This document shows positions 54,396 through 64,000 of a stretch of DNA of 64,000 bases, piece by piece (position 1 is the first letter of the stretch; each line of letters starts with the position of its first letter). The notes under the pieces were generated by a model that saw only the letters and a program-made list of their open reading frames with translations, was not told the DNA's origin and ran no database searches. Position numbers and translations under genes: made by a program. Source of the DNA: Callorhinchus milii (Eukaryota); contig NW_024704742.1 in the NCBI RefSeq assembly GCF_018977255.1, positions 122,452,001 through 122,516,000 of the forward strand. The letters are read 5' to 3'.

Positions 54396-56429
54396 TCAAA
54401 TTGTAGTAATGGTTAAAACCTCAGTCCATTTAATTCATTTAAAAGGCAATTAGGCAGAGGTTTGAAAGTGAAGAATATTAAAATATAGGGGAAAGCATGC
54501 AGGAGAGTGAAATTTGATTAGGTGCCTCATGTGGAGAAAAACACCAGTGTAGACTTGATGGCTAAATAGCCTGTTTCTGCACTATAACATTCTATAATTA
54601 CAATGGGAAACATATTATTCTAACCTTCTAAAACTCATTGGTGAGACTATGGGGGTGAATTTAGAAGTAGAACGCTGACATTAATGCCATCTGATGGACC
54701 CACTTGCATGTGTCACAGATCCCCACCATGACACGATTCTTAATGGTGACATCCATGAAGCCAGGCTAACAGCATTGAAATGTTAGCTTATGGATTACAT
54801 CATTTCACTGACAGTGAATAAGATATTTTAAGTTTTTACTTATTTTAAAAGTTCACTTCCCTGCAGTTGAACAACCTGATTGACAAGCTGAAAGTACAGT
54901 CAGTGCCTCAGTTACATCACGAAGGATGTCATTATTGAGAACATCATTGGGGAGGAAGTCTGTGACACATACATCTGGGTACATTTGATGACTGTTGAAT
55001 TCAATAAGGTAACTATTGAATGTACTACAATTGACCCTATACAGAGCTCTGTCCAATTCCAAGAATCATCATTTGGAAACCATTGATTAGATCGGGGAGT
55101 GTTCAGTTCAGAGGAACAACAACTTGCATTTATATCACTAAGGACAGCATCCCAAAAAACAATATTCTTCAAGGATTAATAAATATGTGCAATAGACGCC
55201 CATCAAAAGCAAACAATAATCTCAATTATAAGATCTAGATCAGTATTGAGTTAAAATGGGATAGAAATGGATGAACGTAAAGTATGATAATGAGATCACA
55301 AGAGAGCAATGGTTGAAGAAGGCCATTCGGCCCATTGATCTCATCCTTTTGGAATACCCACACCACCAACTTCTTACCATAGCATCAAGCTTTTTTTTAT
55401 TAAAAATGTACTGGCTTCATCTACTCTTCAATCTGCACTAATGTAAAGAAATATCTCATGTAAAGAAATATTTCATGGTATAGTCTTGCAATTGCCCTTT
55501 GTAAATCTGAACCTGTGCCCCCTTGACTTGTCTGCCTTGATGTATCTGAAGATATTGTTCCGGGATTACATTGTCTATCCTTTTAGTGTCTCATTCAGCT
55601 CTCCAAGACCCTCTCGGAAAAGTCTCTTTTCAAGACCAAAGAGCTTGTCTAGTCATTTGCAATAATTTATTCAATGCCTTCCATACCAGAAGTTGGCACA
55701 GGACAGAAATGGGGTCAAAAATAAAGGAAAAGCTTTTCTTTGCCGCTAGCAGTACAGAAATTAGTGAATGGTATCTAGTCGAAGCTGAATAATGCAAGAG
55801 TTAAGATTATATTTTGGGAGGAGGAAGCAAGGTCATAGAGAAATTGTGTATAAGTATTGCCTTCTTACATATTTTATCTATATTTATCTCTTTCAGGCAA
55901 TTCAGAATGCTGGATTGAGTCCTGGACAGAGCAAACGGGACTGAAATAGGCTTTTCAATGAGATAAGAAATCGTAAAAATGGAGGTTATTTCTTACTAAT
56001 TTACACAATTCCTGTTGTAAAATTAGCAGGGCTAAACCCAAAATGATAGAATTAGCAACAATATCATTAGAACAATGTTTAGTGCTGTAATGTTCTTTTT
56101 GGTCAGCTGGGTGTTTAACACTTGCAGAAACCCATCACTATGTTAAAGAGTATCCAAACCAGACTCAAGAGATCCACACATGTCATCTGTTCATGGAAAT
56201 ATTTTCTGGTTCTGAAATGGAATGGACATCTTTTTCCTGGAGACTCACCCAATTCCAGAAAGTATTATAACAATATGAATGCATTTAATATGGTGCCTTG
56301 TTGTGTCATCAAAATGTCATAAAAACAGTTCACAGGATACACTGTGGAACGTAGTGACTGTCTCAAGATAGGTAACATTTTTGTAACACATTTGCACACT
56401 TGCTGGTGATGCCTGCCTCATTCTACAAC

Positions 56430-57125
56430 AAGTAAATTTACATTGATATAGTGCCTTTCACATCAGGAGGACTCAAAACATCGAGACACAAACTAGGGAT
56501 TGGAATCAAGATGCATAGGGGTGGGAGGGTGGCCGAAGAGGAATATCTTGAGATGGGCTTTGAAGGAGGCAAGGGAGGGGGTCAATGGGGATGGATTCTG
56601 AGATCAAGCTCCAGAGGGTGGGGGCAGAAAATCTGAAGGCCCGACTGCCAATGTTGGGGTGGGTAGGTCAAAGAGAGTTGGAACAGGGCAATGCCCGCTG
56701 AGTGGAGGTAGCAACAGGTTGATATGGTGTTAATCGATCTTGGAGGGATTTGAAAGTGAGGATGAGAATTTTAAAATCGATTCTCTGGGGGATAGGGAGC
56801 CAGCGAAGCCAAGCGAAGATGGGGGTAAACACGGAGCTTGGTGCGGGAGAGGACATGAGCGAGGTATAAAAATGATCAAAGGCACGGTTGCAGAGGAAGA
56901 TCTTGAGATGGACCTTGAATGAGGCGAGGGAAGGGACGAGTTGTAGGAACCGATAATGTGAAAGCTCAACCGCTGAGGTGGGGCGGGTAGGGTGAGAAAT
57001 GTGAAGCAGGCCAGTGTTCACTGGTTGGTGGGATTAGATAGGTTGGTGAGGTTTGAGAAGGTTGCAGAGGCAGGGTGGGGCAAGACCATGGAGGTTCATA
57101 GGTTAGGTCAAGGATCTTTAACTTG
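56430..57125 (-). mobile_element. Two adjacent diverged L2 3' fragments
   Basis: WLPIPQRIDFKILIL; the 3' region occurs twice in tandem. Confidence 0.7.
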
Positions 57126-58745
57126 CCCTTTTTTTGAACAAAGGACACAGAAAAAAGCGAGTTACTATTGTAACAACCAATAAACTAAAAACAAACTCTA
57201 TTGGTATAAAGAACCCACAGCTTAAAACCTAAGAAAAGTGTTCAGATTTTTTGAGATAATAATTTGACCTCTCAGTGATTGCACTGGTTATATTTGTAAT
57301 ATCAGCAAAATAAAAGGCAAACTAATTTCCCACAAAATCACAATAACATGTCAATATCACTGAAAGCTGTGTGCAACTGGCATAGTGCCAAACCACAACA
57401 GATCATGTCTACTGTACCCATGAGGCTGCTGGAAGGGAAGTGAAATGATCTGTTACTGCAGTGCCTGACAACCATGCAACTCGGCTACACAATCAAGAGA
57501 TTAGCATTAGATCCCAAGTGTGTCATTGTTTTACAATGAAACTCACAATCACCAAAGAAACATACAGGAACAAGTCAATAATAAATGTTCTGTTTTTACT
57601 CCTTATATTGGCACAGCGAGTGGATGTTTGTATGCTCCCTGGTCAGTTTAAAATAAAAGCATTTTACACTTAAACAAATATTACACGATTATAAAAGAGG
57701 CTTAGATAAAGAAGGTCTTTCAACTCATTTGACCCCATCCTTTCAGAACACCCACTCTACTGTCCTCCTATCACAGCATTGAGATATATTTTTTAAAATG
57801 GGTCCATCGTCATGGCCTCAACCACCTTTCCTGACATTCTCCTGCGTCAAATATTATTTCCTCTCTGAGTAAAGAAATATTTCCTGATGTCTGTCCTGAA
57901 ATTCCCCTTTACAGCCCTAAACCTAAGTGCTCTTATTTTTCCCCCTCAGTGTATCCTGGTCATTCACTTTGCAGGTTTGTTGGTCATTGCTGTGCACAAT
58001 TTGACTGTCGCATTCACCAACAAAATACGCCTAGGTCCGCCTAATTTACAATATACCCTTTGAGACATTCTCCTAACGTGAAAGGCTATATCAAATGTAA
58101 GGATTAAATGTAATGTATTATTAATATCTGAAAGTACTGTTTCGAGTTTACTTTCTCAATTCCATTTTAATTCATGTCTTTTTTCAATTCCATTTGCTCA
58201 CAATTAAATGCTAGGAATATTATCGGCTCTTTCAAAGATTCTCTCCCTTTTTATCAATCGATCATGTGAATAAGTGAATAGATTCATCATAATGAAATAC
58301 AGTAGTAACATATTGAGAATGATGAGATCAAATCACTCATTTCAGATTGTAAGGACAGGCCAGTTTCCCTCGATATTTGCAGCTTTTGAACAAGCTGCTG
58401 TGAACAGATATTTTTATTTGATCTGACATATTTCAAAACGATTTTAACAAATAATATTACCCCAACATTACCCCCTAATATTACTCCAATGTGGGGAAAT
58501 TTATTTTAAAAGAAAAATATTCTTTTCCTCACGGTCAGATAAAGTGTCAGTTGAAGTGCATTAAAATGCCACGGCCCCATTTAATCCTTACCAAAAAATA
58601 GCATCTTTTTTCGGAGAAGCATTTGGTGCAGTAAAATATGGAATGAAAACAATCTGACCAAAGCAACTGTCTCAAACATTGGAAATATGAAAGACAATTG
58701 ATTTTGCTGCTCCCAACTCAATAAAATACAACAAAAATATATATT

Positions 58746-59067
58746 TAATAATAATAATAATCCTTACACTTGATATAGCGCTTTTCACGTCAGGGGGACG
58801 TCCCAAAGTGCTTCACAGAACACACTGTAAAGTGAATTGACTGTATATTTATGGGCGAACGCGGCAGCCAATTGCGCACAGCAATGTACTACAAACAGTC
58901 GTAGATTGAAAATGACCAACTTATTATTGTTTTTTGGGGGTTTTGGAGGAATTATTATTAGGCGTGTGGAGTAAGGAAAGTTGCCCAAGGTTTCGCCCTG
59001 CCTGGAATTGAACTCAGGTCTCTCGCTTGCAAAGCGAGTGCTCTAACCACTGAGCTACAGGACTCCA
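58746..59067 (-). mobile_element. Young tRNA-SINE, full length
   Basis: Reverse complement of 1216-1540. Confidence 0.95.
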
Positions 59068-60067
59068 TATTTATATATTGCCTTACACATCAGAAAGTTG
59101 TCCCAAAGAATCTTAACAATTCTGTAATATCAGATATATGTTCCCACCAATCAAATAAATGTTTCAACAATAATTTTACATTATATCATGCTTTTCACAT
59201 CATAGCGTACCAACTGGAAGCTTGAGCTGGAGGGGAAAGGTGACCAAACATGGGTCAAAAAGAAAGGTCTTAATAATAATACTTGCATTTGATATTGCGC
59301 CTTATCACATGCAGGTTTTGAAGATGGAGAGGGAGAAGGTGAGGTGGGAGCACACTAGGGTGGGGTTCAGAAAGCAGCACCAGAATAGCTGAAAGCTTAC
59401 AACCAATTGTGGTAACATTAAACAGGTCAGTGTTTGCTGAGGGAGCAGCAGGTTGATAGCAGTACAAGTAATTGTAGAGGTAGGATGAAGTGAGACTGTT
59501 AAAAAATTGGAACACAAACACGATCGAGTTTAATGCTTTGGAAAAACAAAACGAATAGATATGAATATTAAAATAATGTTTTACTTCCAAATTCTATAGA
59601 TGGCTGAGTGTAAAGTGTTAAATATACTAGAGTCTCATTGAGTCGGTCTTCAATGTATTGTATAAATTAAGTAACCAGTATGTGCTATTTTAAGAACCCT
59701 TTATCGATTCATTTAACAATAACAATTAAAACAACATGCATTTATATAGCACTCCTCACGCAGGGTAGCGTCCCAGAAGTTTGAAAGCAGGACCCTGTGA
59801 CTCAAACCTTAAATTACGAGACGAGGCTTAACATATTGACACACAAATTGAGAGGAGATTTGATCCAAGTCTTTAAAATGCTGTAAAATGCGATTGATGC
59901 ATTTTACAATCCAGTCTAGTGACACAAAATAAGAACACCCCAGGTGAAAGTAGTTTTTAGAACAAATATTTTTTTTCCCACAGAGGAACAGAGATTTCCA
60001 TGAAAATGTCAATCAACTCCTCTAAGAATCAGCTGGAAGCTGGCTAAAAACAGAATAAAATATAGTC

Positions 60068-60401
60068 GGGAGGATGTCTGAAAGCACATGCTTACCACAA
60101 GATCACCAGAATCATTCAAATGAAGAACATCATCAGAACAAGAGGGCACAAGTTCACAGCTGCAAATGACAATTTCTGATGAAACACCAGGAAGCTTTTG
60201 TTTACCCACAGGATACTTAGTGACTAGAAAGGGTGAGTGGTTGAAGCCTCGAGGCCCCATTTATTTAAGAAACAACTTCATTCTATAAGGCAATGTGGTG
60301 GGGGTATCCTGGAAGGATGAGATCAATTGGGCCTATGGACCTTCTGCATTTGAACCATTCTGGTGATCTTGTGGTAAACACATGCTTTGAGACATCCTCC
60401 C
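60068..60401. repeat. 60-bp imperfect inverted repeat (60068-60127 / 60342-60401)
   Basis: 53/60 matches by manual alignment; 214-bp spacer. Confidence 0.9.
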
Positions 60402-60501
60402 AATGTGAAAGGTCATAACTTCCATGGAGGAAGTATTTTATCACTTGGATGATCAATATACTTCTTTTGGAATAATGGGAAAATTGTCCATGGAAATCAT
60501 A

Positions 60502-60819
60502 TGGAGTCCTGTAGCTCAGTGCTTAGAGCACTTACCTCTCAAGCGAGAGACCAGGGTTCGATTCCCGGCAGGGTGAAGCCTTGGGCAAGTTTCCTTACTC
60601 CACATGCCTAATAATAACCCCTCAAGAAAAAAACAATAATAAATTGGTCACTCAATCCACAACTGTTTGTGGGACACTGCTGCGCGTAATTGCCTGCGCA
60701 TTTCACCCACAAATATACAGTCAATTCACTTCACAGTATAATCTGTGAAGCGCTTTGAGTTGTCTAGAAGATGCGAAAAGTGCTATATCAAATGCAAGGA
60801 TTATTATTATTATTATTAT
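60502..60819 (+). mobile_element. tRNA-SINE, older short subfamily, full length
   Basis: Anticodon-position loop CTCTCAA, B box GGGTTCGATTCCC, tail loop TAGAA. Confidence 0.9.
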
Positions 60820-63802
60820 CATGGTAGTGCTGAATAATGTAATGTAATAATGTACAAGGTGATTGTTTGGAAATCTTGCTTAAAATCCCTTTCAGGTTGA
60901 AGGAGATATTGCAAAGTTCTGTCTTTTTGGAACTTGCACATGTGATTATTCACCTTCTGCAGGGAATTAAATATTTAAATTCATGTGTGGGTGGCATATA
61001 GAGCTTGCAATCTAGTTTACATATTCTTAGATGTGGTGATTGATTTCTACACGTGTCAGACACTTGGCTGACCAAAACAAATACTTTAAGGAGCGGTGAT
61101 AGTGAGAATCCTACACGGTTTTATACAATGGGAATTGATGGATCAAGTGGCCCTTTCTATTTCTATACTCACTCAAGTCGCCACATTTCTTGGAGATAAG
61201 CAACAAAAATAATTCTAAAGAACTGTATTAGATTACAAAAGTGCAACATGATAAATAGATTAAAGGGGCGAACAATGATATTACGATAGCTTTATATTAG
61301 ATTTGGAATTACATTGTAGCATGGGTTCAATTTCTGAATTATGACATAATGCCAAAACATTTGTGAGCAGCAATATTGAACGGGTAACATTGACTTTCTA
61401 TAGCCATGCACTGCATCTCGCAGGTTGCTATGCAGGAAGTTATTAAATAAGGGTTTATTTATGATTCCATCAGTGGAGGTTTTGTTTATGTTTTCGGAGA
61501 AGGAAGAGCAATATCTTGGTATGTATCAAGATAAGTAAATCGCATTGTGGATTTTTTAATCCAATGTCAATATCAGGTACTGTTGACCCAGATCAGTTAT
61601 GAGTTGGGTTAGAAATAATGCTCTTTCTTATGTGTCCCAACAATATATCTTCTGAGAATAGCATTCTCTACCACACCATTGTGAGGGTTTTTCCCATTTC
61701 CTCATCAGACATAGTTAAGACCTTTGTTTCAGAGTGTGAACAGTTTTGTCTGTAGGCTCTTGCATATTGAATACCTGAAGTTTCACACATTCTTGCTCTG
61801 TCGGATCAGTTTGTTTTAAAAATTAAAATCATACAAAACTGAAAAACTCTTCAACTGAGTCTTGATTTAGAAGCCTTTTCTTTTTAGAAACTAAGATCTC
61901 AACTTAAGTATTTTCCACAATTCTGGGCAATCTTAAATTTTGAGTCAAAATATTCAAAGACGAGATGAAATTTCATGCCTCGGTGAGGTGATCGAGACTG
62001 CCTCAAACACACTTCCTAAGGATGCCTTACGTGTCTCAAAGATTTGGGCCCAGAGAGATAAGAGGAGTTTGGAGCAGGTCTACACAGTCCTTGGTCTGCT
62101 GCTCATTTATGAACACTTATTTCAAAGTGGCTGAAGCCTTGCTGAATATTGTAAAGGTAGAGATCACCGGAGAAGTTTGGATTAAGAAGACTTAAGGCCA
62201 TTTGATCTCAACCTTCCATAATGCCAACTCTGCCATCTTAATAATCCTTGCATTTGATGTAGCACTTCGTCCAGATGTCACAAAGTATTTCACTGTTCAC
62301 AGAATATACTGTGAAGTCCTGTCACTGTGTATTAAGTTGTTACTTTCTCTTACAGTATCCGGCAGTTTATTAAATTAGTCCATACATTCAAATAGTTTGT
62401 TCAGACATGACTCATTCAGATTCAACTGATTGTTTTGATTGCCTGAAATTAAGCCACTTGAAATCTATTGGAGAAATTCTGGGAGCCAAAGTGCTAAAAA
62501 CGTAAAGGGAAATTATATTATTTTTTGGAGCCAGTTCACTGGTGTAGAAATTCCGTGGGCAGTGCTCACTGCTGATAGCATCATCCAGCAAGTGGGAAGA
62601 GTTGCAATCAATCACATTGTGGCATGAAAAGGGGCCTCTGACAAGATACAGTGCAGCCCCAGTTACAATAATAACCCTTGCATTTGATATAGCACTTTTT
62701 CACATTGTCAAAACATTTCAAAGTGCTTTACACAATTTTACTGTGAAGCCTAGTGCCAGTATAGTTTATTAACAAAACGAATAGCGTGTGGACCCAATTC
62801 ACTGCACATGTGCACAGTCACCCCAAGCGTCACCCAGTTTTCAATAAAAATGCTAAAAATGTCTGTATCTAGATCATTAGGTTTCCGCCAATGTAATTTC
62901 CTGGGCTCAGGCCATTTGTTTTAGCCCGGAAAGTGAGCTAGCCCACTGGGTCCATATGCTATTGAGGTCTCCTTATAGGGCAGGTTGGAATTTTATGGAT
63001 TTCAACCACCACATTATAATGCGGCATCCACTGTAGTTAGGGAGCGTACCAAGATGGAGTGGGGCTGACCGAGGCCGGGAAGCGATCAATCTGCAGTATT
63101 TGAGCACACAGAGATGACACTCCTGCTGTGCAGGGGATGAAACCAGGTGGTGAGGATGATGGGAATGCTGGTCAATTGGAAATCCAACTCAAAGAAGCCA
63201 CGCTCTTCAACTGAGACAATCCAGGCTCATCTGAGAAAGGGAAGCCTGTGGTTGGCCCTGGGGAGAAGCCTCGAAGGATTTAAGAAGCGCTCCCACACCT
63301 GGGAACTGGAGAGGAGCATATGTCCTTTGCTGTGGGTGCCCTCGAATAATAATAATCCTTGCATTTGATATAACGCCTTATCACGTCTTCGAGGCGTCTC
63401 AAAGAACTTCACAGGATATACTGTAAAGTGAATTTACTGTATATTTTGTGGGCAAAATGCAGCAGCCAATTGTGCACTACTTAATTTACCTGATCTGCTG
63501 GTGTTGGACTCAATAAAGTTGACTTGTTTGTTCACCATTTATGGCTAGCATCAATTGCTTTATTTGTGACACCCCTTTGTCTGCTCCATTATCTATATTG
63601 CTGTGTGCTATTGAGCTGCTGTGTTCAATAATTAAAGGAAGTAGAGAGACTGCCTCAAATTACTTAGTCACTGTACTTTACAGTAATTCCGGTGAAGCAC
63701 TTTTAGATGTCCTCCCAACATGAAGTGTGCAGTATCAAATGCAAGGATTATTATTATGGTGATGATAACTTTTTATTACTCGTGCTTCTGAGTTTCTATA
63801 AT

Positions 63803-64000
63803 ATAATAATAATCCTTGCATTTGATATAGCGCTTTTCACGTCTTCTAGACGTCCCAAAGCGCTTCACAGAATATACTGTGAAGTGAATTGACTGTATAT
63901 TTGTGGGTGAACCCGGCAGCCAATTGCGCACAGCAATGTCCCACAAACAGTCGTGGATTGAAAATGACCAATTTATTATTGTTTTGTTTTTTTGGAGGGA
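63803..64000 (-). mobile_element. tRNA-SINE, cut by the window end
   Basis: Reverse-complement tail and body; ACGTC-TAGAA-GACGT hairpin. Confidence 0.9.

Overview
Vertebrate genomic DNA, most likely cartilaginous fish (inferred from the SINE/LINE families; not verified). The only host coding sequence I can support is one 119-bp internal exon of a RAB3-family small GTPase gene on the minus strand (3250-3368; RAB3C favoured). Everything above 3368 appears to be a single upstream intron of more than 60 kb. The rest is dense retroposon debris: a near-complete but inactivated L2-clade LINE ORF2 (APE endonuclease plus RT), many 5'-truncated L2 copies, about 10 copies of a young tRNA-headed SINE sharing the L2 3' hairpin tail, older Deu-domain-type SINEs, AmnSINE2-like relics and CR1 3' ends. 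There is also a degraded R4-clade (RLE-endonuclease) retrotransposon that the ORF track misses. The most interesting signals are the modular history of the young SINE (longer putative ancestor, anticodon-loop and tail-loop swaps), inverted SINE/L2 pairs bracketing the RAB3 exon, and several local duplications or inversions. I find no convincing new gene system, CRISPR array or true RNA gene. Repeat boundaries are read by eye and are approximate.
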